A stretch of 63,852 bases of DNA, filler included, from Octopus bimaculoides (GCF_001194135.2; 5 parts of 5 records of this genome joined end to end with filler, not necessarily neighbours in it), one strand, 5' to 3'. Numbered from the whole stretch's first letter, positions 1-14,114 are shown. A program made the numbers and translations. The notes: generated from the sequence alone by a model not told the origin.

Positions 1-1024
1 TGAGAATATGTATATGTATATGTATTTTTCCATATGTGTATTTTCATACACTGTTTTTAACACTGTTTTTAACAATTTCACCTTAATATCAGAGAATGTG
101 TGACAATCAGTATGTAACACTACAAAGTTCATACAAAGCTTTATACTTTAAATATATTTTATCATCAAAGAATGTATATATGCATTTTAATACTCAGACT
201 GTTTTTTAACATTTTTTATTATTCTCAAAGACTTTTGATAATCTTTTTCTAAAAAAGTGAAACCGGTTAAGTAAATAAATATTTTAAAAAAATAAGTGCA
301 TTTTCAAACCTTCTTTCATATATATTTCCACTCGTACGGTATTCCACAACTTTACTTTATTATATATATATATACATGTATATGTGTGTGTGGGCGTGGT
401 TTTTGACGTGTTTATGTAGTGCGTATGTGTATGCTTAATAATTAAATTTCTGAAAAGTTTTCCTGATGTCATTCGTTTCATTCACACAATTTGCATGCAA
501 ACTGCAAATCAATCTCTGCCGATTTGATTTTGGGAACATTCATATATACATATCTTAATATATGTGTATCTATACAGGTACGTAAATGAAATAGTTCACG
601 ATACGAAACTCCGAACGTATATGCTAATTAGGATGTGTGTTTCAAATATAATTTGACTAATAGGATTATGTTCGGCTTGAAAGAAAATAATATATAAATC
701 AAAGCGTCAGAAACAGCAGTAACGATAAGGAGAAAAATAAATGCATTCATAGTGCACGGTAGTAACATGCTTTTATTTTAATGTTAAATAATTTGAATTT
801 GCCATGATAGATCGGAAGTGATAGATGTATTGGAAAATTAAATGAGAACATTTCTATAACAGCAATCGGAGAAAAGCGAAACAGAAATAACAAATATATA
901 AAAGAACAAATAATAACAAACATAAATAATCAAAAACGTAACAAGTAAAAAGCTAAAAAAAAAAACATTACTTTTTTGAAAAAATGTATTTGGTTCACAT
1001 GCAATTTTCGTTTTACTCTTGCAG

Positions 1025-1096
1025 GAGGATGGAAACGATCTAACGTTTAGCCATATTGAGTTCTTGTCAAATATCTTGTGTCAGTTTGGGACTGAG
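1025..1096 (+). CDS. Possible isolated 72-nt internal exon of an unidentified gene (EDGNDLTFSHIEFLSNILCQFGTE)
   Basis: Pyrimidine-rich acceptor ttttcgttttactcttgcag, open phase-0 frame of 24 codons, weak donor GAG|gtgcat. No partner exon or recognisable domain. Confidence 0.25.
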
Positions 1097-1604
1097 GTGC
1101 ATCTATAATTCAACGATATATGTCTGGTATTTAATATAGACTTATATTTTACACCCTATTATGTATGTATACGTTTATGCAAACATATCCGCACACTTCC
1201 TCATACAAACGCAAACAAAAATAAAAGAAAAAGAAAAAATCTCAAAATACATAAGTAGAGAAATAAGTTCAGACAAATATAAGAAATAACACAGACCACA
1301 AAATATGGAAATAAATAATAATGTAGTTAGGCGTATTGTGAAGATAAACAGATGTGGGTTGAAACTGCCGGCAATATTTCGCTTTTCAGATTTGTTCTGC
1401 ATCTGCTTCCCTGTTTTAAGTATATAAAATGGCAGATTCATGATCGTATCGGGCAGAATGATTAAAAGATTTAAAAAAAAAATTCCGCTGAGTTCGACTT
1501 CATCTTTTATCATTTCGGGGTCGATATATATTTAGGCAATACACGGTGATCAATTATAAGCTTTAAGATTATAATAATATTAAGTTTATATTAAGCATAA
1601 AAAT

Positions 1605-2625
1605 ATGATAATTATTAATGTTATTATATGTTTGACTTCCGCTTTGTGTTTGTTCAAGTTGACTTCAAGTCTCACCCAGAGACAACAAGCTACAAGTTCA
1701 TGCTGGTGTTATGCCTTGAGTGTCATATATTTGGTTTTGAACATCGTATTTTTTCTAGAGGATGTTCAAGAAAACATGAGAAAATTATGAGTTTGTTTTA
1801 AAATTTGAGATTACATAGACAGTATTTCTGCTATTTTGGGTTTTCCTGGTATCTCAGCTAGGTTGAAAACAACCCCTTTGCTATCATTCCTAAGGCACCT
1901 ATGACAACAGGTATTGATTTAGTTTTGAGGTTCCACATTTTGCCAATTTCTATTTCAAGATCATTATATTTGCTCAGTTTTTGGTTGGTCTTGACATATA
2001 CATTTATGTTGATTGGAGCAGTCATATCAATGAGGAGGCATGATTTTTGTCTTAAGTATTTCAATATAATGCCTGGCCTATTCGCATCTATCTTTTTGTC
2101 ACTTTGAACAGTGAAGTTCCAGAGGAGTGAGATGAGATCATGTTCAAGCACTGGGAGTGTTTGGTGTTTCCACCAGGTCTAGGATTTTGCAAATTACCCA
2201 GTGAATATATTGAGCTGCTCTATCAAGCCTGTTGACATAGCCTGAAGGCGAAAGAAGACTGCACATGGAATCAATATGATCAATGGTTTCATTTTGTTGT
2301 TGACATATACAACATGTTTGGTTACAGCCGTTCTTTAATATGTTGGCCTGGTAGTTTCTTGTAGGTAGGCATAGAACTTGGGCTGCTATGATAAACCCTT
2401 CTGTTTCCGTTTCTTGTTTTTATGCTTTGAGACAAGTTTTAACATCCAGTCACCAGAGTTTTCAGGTGGGCGTCTAGGCCAATTGTAGCAATCTTCATTG
2501 TTAATTCCAGTTGTAAAAGTCCACGGCCATCCTTTCTTCTTGGCAAGTCGTTCTATATCAGCCTTAGGGTGGGGCATTCTATGCATTCTCAACAATTATC
2601 GTATTTTTCTGTCAAGATTACATAT
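1605..2625 (-). mobile_element. 5'-truncated, decayed R4/Dong-like RLE non-LTR retrotransposon
   Basis: Minus-strand peptides HPKADIERL (post-RT region) and DKKIDANRPGII..CLLIDMTAP..KLSKYNDLEIEIGKMWNLKTKSIPVVIGALGMI (PD-(D/E)xK-type RLE). 3' UTR runs into a TAA-rich tail near 1605-1630. Many stops and frameshifts. Confidence 0.85.
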
Positions 2626-2654
2626 TTCAGTAATTGAGCAGCTATGATAATAAT

Positions 2655-2692
<38 letters not shown>

Positions 2693-2802
2693 NNNNNNNN
2701 NNNNNNNNNNNNNNNNNNNNNNNNNNNNNNNNNNNNNNNNNNNNNNNNNNNNNNNNNNNNNNNNNNNNNNNNNNNNNNNNNNNNNNNNNNNNCCCGGTGC
2801 TC

Positions 2803-2809
<7 letters not shown>

Positions 2810-2839
<30 letters not shown>

Positions 2840-4015
2840 CATGATCATCATTCAGTAGTCTTATTTTTTAACGTGCTTTCACTGCACTACCGATTGCAGC
2901 TCTGTGTACCTTGGGCGTGTGCTCTGGCTTCCTGTAATGCTCTTATGATTACTGTATTGAAAATGTTTTACATAAGCTGTATGCGGTGTGAAGAAGTGCT
3001 ATTTCCTATATGTTGTACATACTTGTAAGTCCCGGTGTTTTTGTTATGTACTTGTCTGAATATTTTTTTATCATGCCTATTGCGCCCACCATGATAGCAA
3101 TTGCTTCTGTTTTTAGACTCCACATTTGAATTACCTCTATTTCCAGATCTTTGTATTTTGAAAGTTTCTCCATTTCTTTTAGAGAAACGTTGTCATCTTT
3201 TGGTGTTGGTACATCAATTAAAAAGCACTTTCCTTCTTCATGATATCTGACAACTATATCTGGCTTATTCGCCTTCATTTCTCTATCTGTGTTTATTGAC
3301 ATATCCCATAGTATTGTTGCTTTCTCATTTTCTGTGACTTTTTCTGGCGTGTGCCAATACCATCATTTTTCTGTTGTTATACCATAGCGTTGGCATGGGC
3401 AGCCAGAGACAATATGTTGTATTGTTTCCTGTCCATCTCTATATATTCTGCAATTACTTGTTATATTTGTTTTCATTATATGTTTTTAGTAATTTCTGGT
3501 GAGAAGGCTTCGGTCTTGTGCTGCAATTAAAAATCCTTCAGACTCTGCTTTGAGTCCTGAGCTTCTCAGCCATTGTTGGGATCTTGCTTTGTCGATTTCT
3601 TTTGCATTTAGTTTAACGCAGTATTTCCAATGAAGGGTCTTTTCTTGCCTTCGTTTTATCATGATCCGTTGCTATGGATTTCATTCGTTTTACAGCTTTT
3701 GTTGTTTCTTCTTCTTTTTTCATATTTATTAGGTAGTATGATTTCTTGTTTGTATTCATCAGCTTCCTTAAAGACTGAATACAGATTTTTGTTTTGTACG
3801 TGTTTTGTGGCTATTTGTATTAGTTTTCTTTGCTTCTGAATTAGGTTGTTTTGTAGTCTTATGGTGGTTATTTTGTAACAGTTTTCTAGATGTATAAGGC
3901 CACTACCAAATTCTATACGTTGTATACATAACCTTTCCATGTCAGATTTTGACCGGTGCATCCTAAATCCTGTCATTAGTCATTATTCTTCTTGTTTTCC
4001 TCTTTATTTTAATTA
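2810..4015 (-). mobile_element. Decayed R4/Dong-like RLE LINE, 3' 1.2 kb with (TAA)n tail
   Basis: HRSKSDMERLCIQR; CCHC-like knuckle CRICRDGQETIQHIVSGC; RLE DREMKANKPDIVV..CFLIDVPTPKDDNVSLKEMEKLSKYKDLEIE..IMVGAIGMI. (TTA)n on the plus strand at 2803-2840 is the tail. Confidence 0.9.
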
Positions 4016-4060
4016 GTTCATTTAGTGTCCTGTTAAGGATATATAAATATATATATATAG

Positions 4061-4310
4061 TGGAGGCGTGTGGCCTAGTGGTTAAAGTTATCGGACTCAT
4101 GATCATAATATTGTGGTTTTGATACCTGGACCGGGGGACGCATTGTGTTCTTGAGCAAAACACTTCATTTCACGTTGCTCCAGTCCATTTAACAGACAAA
4201 AATGAGTAATTCTGCGATGGGCCGGTGTTCTCTCCTGGTGGGAATATATATGCCATTTAAACCAGGAAGCCGGCCCTTATGAGCCTGGCATGGTCGAAAA
4301 GGAAACGTTT
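4061..4310 (+). mobile_element. tRNA-headed SINE, family A (my label)
   Basis: A-box-like tggcctagtgg and B-box-like region, then tgtgttcttgagcaaaacactt. Second copy inverted at 23430-23657. Confidence 0.8.
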
Positions 4311-4905
4311 ATTTTTTTTTATCTTTATATATATATTTCCTGTGTGCAAAATAAGTATGCTAGAAGATTTAGAAGGATAATAAGAAAGTTACTGAACGTG
4401 TATAATAATAATTTACACTTCTACCTGATCAGTGCCCATGTGTTTAAACACATAACTTCGATGAAATCTTGTACTGTTTCGCAGTTACTGAGAGCAGAAC
4501 ATTTAGTATTTAATTATATTTGTTACTTGAGTAAGTACTAAAACTTATGCAAATTAAAACTTCTAATTCTTTGATGCTAGCGTATTTGGCATCATCTTCA
4601 TGCTATTAGAGAGATGTAGACAAGGGAGAGATGTAGATAGTCTTGGCGGATGCTTCTAAACAGAAAGGAAACACGGTTTAAGATGCCGGTTCGTTTCTGT
4701 CGACGGAATAAAACGAAACAAATGGCATATATTTACTTTTGTCAATAGAAATACTTACACATTTGCGCGGATAAGTATTCATTATATATATTATACGTTT
4801 GCACACAATTTAATACTTATATTTGTACACACATCCATATGCACAAACGCACCCCCCTCCACTCCCACACGTATATAGGTGATAATTATACACTCAAATC
4901 TCTTT

Positions 4906-4909
<4 letters not shown>

Positions 4910-4957
<48 letters not shown>
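4910..4957. repeat. (TA)n microsatellite, representative of dozens of TA/CA/GA/TATC/TACA arrays in the window
   Basis: Directly visible. Most N gaps are flanked by such arrays. Confidence 0.95.
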
Positions 4958-4960
<3 letters not shown>

Positions 4961-6400
4961 TGTGTGAGTTTATGAGTATGTTGTAATTTACACATGAAAA
5001 CCGATATAGCGATACACAGATACTCAAACATACACCCTTTATCGGAAAAATCTACTCATTATGAATTTGGATAGTTTGTGTATTACATATAACATACCCC
5101 ATGTAGGTTTCGTCCAAATATTTCTGTCAAGCAAGTCTATAAGAGCCAGACAGTTATTATTATCCAATCAATTCTTATCAATTTAGAGCAATTAATCAAC
5201 ACTGGAATGTAACTGAAGGCTTGTAGATTTAATAAGCAATATTACATACAATAGGTTAGGAAGACTGTCTCTGGGGTGTTAGCATGTGTTTGAAGCGAAG
5301 ACTGTTCGTAAATGCGAGGATGTACCGCACTAGGTATTTACAATGCTTACAAATACGAGGGAAGAATTTGAACTATTTACGTAAAGATAGTCAGAAAACG
5401 AATAAAAGTAAATACGTGTTATGATGCAACACCTCTAAAACCTTACATTATTGCATAATAGATAATGCTACAGAGAGAGCTGTTGATAACAGGTATTTAT
5501 ATAGCTACTATCTATCTGAATATACAATGTATATAAGCCCAAACCGCCATAATAGCTGCTAAAACCTATATTCTGGTTCCCAGATCTTAGATTCTCAGTT
5601 GTTGTGCCATACCAACGCAACATCTCTATATGTATTCCCAAATTATATAGGAAACGTAACCAAATATTCTGATAACCCTCCAAGTGATTATGTGATGTAA
5701 TTTGCAAATAAGGCACGTTTCGCGATGAATTCTTTCGCATGATAGAATGTTTTTATGATAGTGAATAGATATTTATAGTTTTGTTCAGGCATAAACGATA
5801 GCGACGAATATACTAGAGGTGTAAGGAAATATTTATATTTATATCTGCATGCATCTCTTTCTGTAGCTCCTTGTTTCTCATGTGCACTGACATACATACA
5901 TAGAGCGCAAACATTCACATCACAAATGAACACCAGAATACACGCCCATACACAGACACAAACAAACAAAATAGAGCCCCGCACATTGTTAAACATATGA
6001 GAGATCAAAGCTAAATAGTTTATAAAATGTACACGCTATGGACTTAATTTAGTTGCAGTTACACTTTGGCTGAATAGAAGCAACATCAGGGCTGTCTTAT
6101 CTTTAAATGCAGACTCTTTCGATGGGCTGAGCTATCGGAAAAGAACTACTACAACGACAATACGACAGTGCCCCTATAGTATCTCCACCATAACATCTAA
6201 TATTTTATGAAACAACACTTCCTCAACACTACCCATTCAGAGCCGACTCCAATTTGCGAAGGGTGAAAACGATCCAGAAATCTGTATTCCAGTAATTGCC
6301 ACCACACCTGCATCCGGTCGTTGCTTCAAATGCCAACCCAAGACACATGTAAATTTATGAGTTCAGCCATACTATTTGAATGTAAATAGACGTCACTTAC

Positions 6401-8340
6401 TTTGGTGTTGAGGAAAACCAGCAAGCCTATTCGTTTTGGCTTGGAATGTTTCCTTTAAAAGCTCGTATACAAGTCGTTCATCCACTACTGTATTACGACT
6501 CCCACAGCCTGTGGGATGTTTCCCTCACAAATCCAGAAGCATACGTAGTCGATATTGCTTGGTTGACTTTTGGGAACATGAATCTCAAGGCCCTTTACCC
6601 TGTGTAGATTTGTTTCTGTAGTGGTGTAATGAACATTATCAACTTCATATTATGCATGTTTCCATCAGTGGAAATGATGTCCCTGGTTTTAATTTTGTTG
6701 AGCCCATTTTTTCTCATCGTTGTGGTTCTGTGTTTACCTGTTGTGGATCTGGAGTTGGTCTGATTGTTTATATTTTTCTTGCTACTGTTTCGATGCAGCT
6801 GGGAAGATGCAACAATGGTTAATGAGATTTGTTTCATCAAATCTTACAACTTTCAACTTAGAAGGGATCTTTACTGTTTTCTTCTTGTCCCAACAAAGAT
6901 TCTTTTGTGGCAATACCTCTTGCAGAACTGTTCTTCTGGGATGAGATGTTAGTCTCTGTTGTTGTCAGTTAGGGAGCTCCTGTTGCTGTTATTACTGTTT
7001 GAAATGCTTTTGTTAATGTATTGCTTTTTATGCTTCTGTTGTGGTGTTGACTTTTTCGTGTTGGCTGTGGGCACAATGTGATCCATTTTCTCTCCTCTAA
7101 GATCAATAAATTTTCTAGTGCTCGCTGCTGCCACATTTAGCATCAGGACATAATGTCACAACTCTCGTCTGCTCTCCATTTCTCAGCTGAATGCTATTAG
7201 AAATCCTTAAGAAGCTTCAAGTGGTGAATAACATTTTGGAGGGTAGTTGATTTCATCAAGATAATCTAGCCGTGCTCTAAGAGGATAATTTCTATGTACT
7301 AGATGTGACACATATCACGAGTTATCCAACAATACCCCATATAGGACACAACGTAAATTAATACTTGGAAAGTACTTACTGTTATTGATAATTTTCCAAC
7401 TTCGTCTTCCTTGGTACATATTACTAGAACTATTTTGAATGTTTTTTTTCTGTAAATTATCTTTCTGTTGAATGTTTTTATGCTGTAGAATATCTATATT
7501 CATTTCAGCCATTTGTGAGATCACGTTGTTTTCGGTTACCACTAGTCTCTATGTCTGGGTAGATGCAAATATGAATCATGAATTACTTTTGAATTTTGTT
7601 TCATGTCAGTTCTACAAAATAAGGTTCGGCTTTTGTCCAGTGTTGAAAGAATTCATATACTCTGGACTTTGATTGACCTGCTGGTGACATACCCATGACC
7701 ATTTCTCGACGATTTCTTCATCAAGAATTGTCTGGAAATCCTCAACATCAGAATTAGTGCCCTATTTGTAACGTAATCTTTTAGGTTTATTACTAGAACC
7801 ACTATTTTTGTACTTTGCTTTCAGATCACAGTTAAATTCAGGCACTCTGCAAAAAGTGAAGAACACACGACCACTTGATTCTGTTAGGTTTGCATCTTGT
7901 GCTCCTTCTTTTGTTTTAACGCCTTTTCAACGGTTTTGACTTCACAGTTTCATCTGCCACCTCACTATCGTCTCAAAAGATGAAGCGGTAAAGATAATCA
8001 TAACCTTTTTAGGGTATTGTGCTGGAAAAGGGCACCTCTCAGCCTCTCGGTCACCGTTGGCTCTTCTTTGCAAGGGAACGGAAGAGAATTTTGCTTATTT
8101 CCAATACAGCCTTACCGGGTGATACTCTAGACAACGTGGTTACCAACAGCAGATATTTTGTTTTCAAATTTAGTTTTAACCACTGTTGTTACTGCTTCAT
8201 CTATTGTTGTCCACCGACGTTCTCCAAGAAATTTACCAATTATACTAGATAGACAGTTCTAGAGAACTTACAGTTATACCGTAGCATTCGAGCCTTCAGC
8301 ATTGAACCACAAGACTTACCGGAACTCCATCCAGTTGTTC
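6401..8340 (-). pseudogene. Unidentified decayed coding-like segment
   Basis: Long near-open minus-strand frames broken by stops and shifts (e.g. GKFLGERRWTTIDEAVTTVVKTKFENKI; VKTKEGAQDANLTESSGRVFFTFCRVPEFNCDLKAKYK; TVVDERLVYELLKETFQAKTNRLAGFPQHQ). Ends at a consensus donor CAAA|GTAAGT at 6401/6400. Family not recognised. Confidence 0.35.
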
Positions 8341-8368
8341 AAAGTTATAAAGGGCATTTTATATATAT

Positions 8369-8407
<39 letters not shown>

Positions 8408-8988
8408 NNNNNNNNNNNNNNNNNNNNNNNNNNNNNNNNNNNNNNNNNNNNNNNNNNNNNNNNNNNNNNNNNNNNNNNNNNNNNNNNNNNNNNNNNNNNN
8501 NNNNNNNNNNNNNNNNNNNNNNNNNNNNNNNNNNNNNNNNNNNNNNNNNNNNNNNNNNNNNNNNNNNNNNNNNNNNNNNNNNNNNNNNNNNNNNNNNNNN
8601 NNNNNNNNNNNNNNNNNNNNNNNNNNNNNNNNNNNNNNNNNNNNNNNNNNNNNNNNNNNNNNNNNNNNNNNNNNNNNNNNNNNNNNNNNNNNNNNNNNNN
8701 NNNNNNNNNNNNNNNNNNNNNNNNNNNNNNNNNNNNNNNNNNNNNNNNNNNNNNNNNNNNNNNNNNNNNNNNNNNNNNNNNNNNNNNNNNNNNNNNNNNN
8801 NNNNNNNNNNNNNNNNNNNNNNNNNNNNNNNNNNNNNNNNNNNNNNNNNNNNNNNNNNNNNNNNNNNNNNNNNNNNNNNNNNNNNNNNNNNNNNNNNNNN
8901 NNNNNNNNNNNNNNNNNNNNNNNNNNNNNNNNNNNNNNNNNNNNNNNNNNNNNNNNNNNNNNNNNNNNNNNNNNNNNNNNNNNTGTGT

Positions 8989-9048
<60 letters not shown>

Positions 9049-9363
9049 GTCCGCCACCTGTGACTACAAGCCACTGTTTGTGTTCAACATGTGGTCGCAA
9101 TTTTGAACTAATATGACAATAAGAAAGCAGGACTTCATGCCGATATCTCTAGCCGAGTTCCCAGTGTTTGTGAGACGCATGTACAGTAAAGAAACTGTGT
9201 TATGTAGAATTGCTTTGAGTGTATGTGCATATGTTATCGTATCTTATATCTATAATATATCTCTATCGATATCTATCTGTCTGTATGTATGCATGTATGT
9301 ATGTATGTATGTATGTATGTATGTATGTATGTATGTATGTATGTGTGTATGTATGTATGTATG

Positions 9364-9414
<51 letters not shown>

Positions 9415-10277
9415 ATGTAGATATGAATGCACATAAATACTGTGTATGTATGTGCGTCTGTGTGAGTGTGTGCGTATGTGTGTGTATCTATACACATTTG
9501 TCCAGCTAAACATCAAGTTAACTATTTATTTGCCAATTTATTTTCCATCTCTCTTGGGTTGCATGAACAACAGTGCCCAGTATCAAATATGAAGCGATGT
9601 TTAAGTTAATCTCTTCGCTTTCCTAGTTCAAAATGTAACACATTTGACAAAATAGGCATCTGTGATATATTTGGTTTCATTATATCCGTCATTCACCTTC
9701 TTCAGAATAAGAGACCTTATTATAAATCATTAATTATGCATTCCGCAATAAATTTCATGGAAAATAAAACTTATACGACTTCTTTACATTTAGAAGTATT
9801 TTCTGTAACTTTAATAAATATTCTTTAATAACATCGGCACTCAATATAAACAAATTTCTTCTACAGATATAGTCATGCAGACATTTTTTTTGAAAATATT
9901 TCATCAGCAAATTTTAATCAGCTACCTTTAATAATTTGACTCAACTCGGCTTCTTTATATGAACAGGTCAGCATATATGTGTGTGTGTGTATTTATATAT
10001 ATATATATATATATANNNNNNNNNNNNNNNNNNNNNNNNNNNNNNNNNNNNNNNNNNNNNNNNNNNNNNNNNNNNNNNNNNNNNNNNNNNNNNNNNNNNN
10101 NNNNNNNNNNNNNNNNNNNNNNNNNNNNNNNNNNNNNNNNNNNNNNNNNNNNNNNNNNNNNNNNNNNNNNNNNNNNNNNNNNNNNNNNNNNNNNNNNNNN
10201 NNNNNNNNNNNNNNNNNNNNNNNNNNNNNNNNNNNNNNNNNNNNNNNNNNNNNNNNNNNNNNNNNNNNNNGTGAGTG

Positions 10278-10308
<31 letters not shown>

Positions 10309-10451
10309 GTATGTATATGTGTATATATATATGTATATATATGTATTTATATGTATATATGTATATATATGTATATATGCATGTACGTATATATATATAT
10401 ATATATACATATATATGTGTATGTATATATGTATATATATATGTATATATG

Positions 10452-10483
<32 letters not shown>

Positions 10484-11218
10484 TATACATACATATATAT
10501 GTGTTTGTGTGTGTATGTGTATGTGTGTTACAGTGTAAAATGTTTATATCAATATCAGTTTCTTAATTTAGATATTTGTCTAGCTTCATAAGCCTTCCTT
10601 ATAGTTGTTAAGACAAAAGTTGTTGAAAAGCTATTTATTCACAACTAGTTTCATGATTAATTTCTTTGCATACTTAAGAAATTAAATTCCGGTATAATTT
10701 GTCATCGAATTTGAAAACTATATATAATTGTCAGGAACTTTTAAGAGCTTCTCCACTTCGTATTACTCTGAATATTTCTGTCTAAGAGATCATTATTCTT
10801 CAGAGTTTGCGACTATATTTTTTAAAAAAGTAAATTATTTCACTAATATCAGCATTCTGATATAGCTACTACGTCTGCTTAATTTTCTTTCGCCTCTTTA
10901 AATTTATTAACTTAACATTCGTATTTTAAATCAATATTTACATTTACAAAAAATTTAGGTATTACAAATCGTCGATTAGTTGTAAATATTTCTCCGGGTT
11001 ATTACCGTATACGGAAATGAATGATGTATATGCATGGCTGAGATCATGATGCAGTTTGGCTTCTTGGTTAAAGCCACTTTGCTCCAACTTTATAGTAAGC
11101 AACACTTAAAATAATAAAAGAGTGGTCTTTAAAGTGATCAGAAACAAGTTAATAAAAATAGTTTTTTCTGTGTGTGTTGGAGATGAGGATCTAATCCTTA
11201 GGTTGTTGAATCATTCAA

Positions 11219-11455
11219 ACAGCAATCGATGAGAATATGTATATAAAATAACCACAGGCACCTGTTTAGTACTTAGACTATCCAGCAAACAAAGAGAACT
11301 ATATCAATATCAATATTCGACATTCAGTTCGGACGAGATAACACCGTATATTTTGTTCTGTTACTGTATCATGTCGCTAGGTCTGACTACGAGATGTATA
11401 TGAGAGCTGGTTGAAAGATTTTACTTTACAAAGTACACACATACAGAGAATCCAC
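11219..11455 (+). repeat. Old dispersed repeat, copy 1 (copy 2 at 15141-15372)
   Basis: Colinear similarity over about 235 bp, e.g. aaccacaggcacctgtttagtacttagac vs aaccacagacacctatttagaacttagac, and gagagctggttgaaagattttac vs gagagctgggttaaaaattttac. Confidence 0.75.
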
Positions 11456-14114
11456 GTTGCAGTTTATGTTTTTGGGTGAAGCCATTTTGCTCCCACTTCA
11501 TAAAAAACTCCATTCAATTAAAATTACATTCCTCTCATAAAATACAGGGAATTTGAGATAATCATAAAGAAACTAATAGACATTGTTTTTTTTCTGTGTG
11601 CATAGAAGAAACAGGCCTATTCGTTAGGTTGTTGAATTACTCATTCTTTTTAATTTTAATTTGTAATAATTTTCTTTAAAATGAATTTCCAGCGAACATG
11701 GGGTTACTATATCAAATCGGTGGTTTTTATTTTGCAATAAGATATTTATGGAGAGAGAATCATCAGTGACATTCGAGTCACTGATGACTCTCCATAAAAT
11801 GATATGTCAACAGTAAGCTACTCGACCCTATTAATTATAGATAATTGCTTATAATTAATTAGAATGAATGAAATTGGATAATACAATATATGTTATATTA
11901 ATTTCTTTCAGACATTAGATAAAGACCATATATTTTAGTTATGATCCTAGCACTTCCAAAAGAACATTAGCGGAGTATCTGAAGCGAACCATATTACTTT
12001 GTGGACTCAAACTTGACCTGTTATGAATATAACTGAGATACTCATAAAATATGTATGCTAAGTTAAACTTGTTTCACGAAAAAATGATTGTAGTCTTCTC
12101 CAACTAAAAGAAGTATCAGAATTGTGTTATTGACGATGAACTTTGAGCTGCAGCAGTTCAACAAAAGGTCAACTCAGCTTAGCAAAGTCATTTCAGAAAT
12201 GTGAGTTGTTTGTGAATGGAGCAGCTACATCATTTGAGATACAAATGCAAAAGTAAACACATGTTGTAATTCGGCTCTAAAGAGCGAGTATAGCTGGTCA
12301 GAACTGAAAGACTGGTCCTGAAGAAAAATCCAGTCTTTGCGTTACATTTCTCTGCCAATGTTGTAGTTGCAAAGCCATTATGAATAATAACTTTATATGT
12401 AGTTCTTCAGATATTTCATAGGTCTCTGAGTTCGCATTAAACACGAAAAAATTTACTTTTATTAATTCATGGCCACAGAATATGTACATATAATATTGTC
12501 GCATATCTACTATAAAGCTTTATATATTTTTTGGCGTCAAAACATGATAATTTTGAGATTAATCATTTACCTTAATCAATTAAATGTGTCCTTATTTTGA
12601 CTGAAACCTGCATACTCAGTGTCAAGTACAATTGAATGATGCGATCACCCTTCTTCGGCGGCAAAGTAAAGATTCTTGTGATTAAAGAACCTTGATCACA
12701 AATTTCAGCTACCGAATTATTATTATTATAATACACCCCATTCTCCTGTTCTTCATATAAGTCTTCTCGCGCAGTATTAAATTAAAATGGAAAACGTGAT
12801 TAAGAGAGTGCTTTTGTACTTATAGAATGCGAGAGCATAACATAATAGTTACAGATATTATTGAAAATTCCCTTTCTTGCTCCGTATATTGTCTTCTGTC
12901 ATGCAAATAATATCGTGTCACTTACCAGTTCAGTGAAGGGCCGTCTAACGAGTGATTAACGCCGTTTTAAGTGATGTTCGAATTGAAATATTTGTAAGAA
13001 GATAAAGCGAAATTTGTGTCAGATTTCTGAGTTCAACACTTTGATGTCCGAAAAAGCCTGCACAATCAATAAAGCATTGTAGTTAATGAATGGTAAACTT
13101 GACATTAGTATTCACTCTGCATTTCTAAGCAGCTGTCATATTGTTAGATAAAAGGGTTTGCATGTCATAAGATTGTGAATAAATTCATTAAACACAGACA
13201 TGAAAATGTTTACGGTCTGAAGATGTTAATCTCGAATGCAGCTATTCTCTTTATGTGCACCAAAATCTAGGAAAACATTCCAAACCTAAATTGCTGATAA
13301 TATATGCCAGATAGAAAATATTAATGATAAAAAGTATATAGCATACTATCGGTAGGGAAATAAAGTTAATTCTCGCACACGAAATAATAGTGAAATTATG
13401 TACAAAGATCTCTTAAAGTATTATATGACGGACATTTATTAAAACTAACGTAGCAACCAATATCTAGGTATAGGCTACGAAAACGTTTGAGAAATAGAAT
13501 TAGTAACATTGCATTTGCATATATATTCCAATATACACAGGTGAACTAATCGATTAATGAGATGAGAGGTCACATTATTTCCTGCATTGTTAAACATGTG
13601 AAAGATTATACCTTATGTGTAGTGGATTTACAATAAATACACGTATATCCAAAGGTTCGCATTACTTTCAAAAAGACAGTTACGTTCTTATACTGTTCAG
13701 TTAGCATTACAAATATATATCCCCGACACCTGGATAGGGCATCATTACAAGGAATGTTTCCTTATAACACTGGACTGAAGAACATAATTAAGTATTACAA
13801 CCATGCTACTAAACTATCGTAGTGAGAGCACATGGCCAACTGGTTAGGGATGTTGCATGAATAGAACGTTTCATTTTCCCTCTTTTTCCAAACAAGTTTC
13901 TCATTCAACTGCTATCTCAAGCAGTTATGTATAATATGTATTATAGAGTTTATATTTACCTCAAGATTTTCTAGGTCTGTAGATTATACATATTTTATAT
14001 AGAACAGCATACACCAATTAGCGCATCGTTCAATTTGGATAGAGTGTGAACAATGCCACAAATAATATTTCATATCTTGAAGAAACCGAATGTTTTGTGA
14101 AATTTTATATTTTA

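Noticed and set aside
1605-1790. 61-aa plus-strand ORF or exon candidate
   Set aside because: It is the antisense of the LINE 3' UTR.
4061-4140. tRNA gene calls at SINE heads (also families B and C)
   Set aside because: The tRNA-like heads continue into shared SINE bodies and are degenerate. No convincing cloverleaf.
12250-12504. Minus-strand 68-aa ORF and overlapping frames
   Set aside because: No recognisable domain and no consistent splice boundaries.
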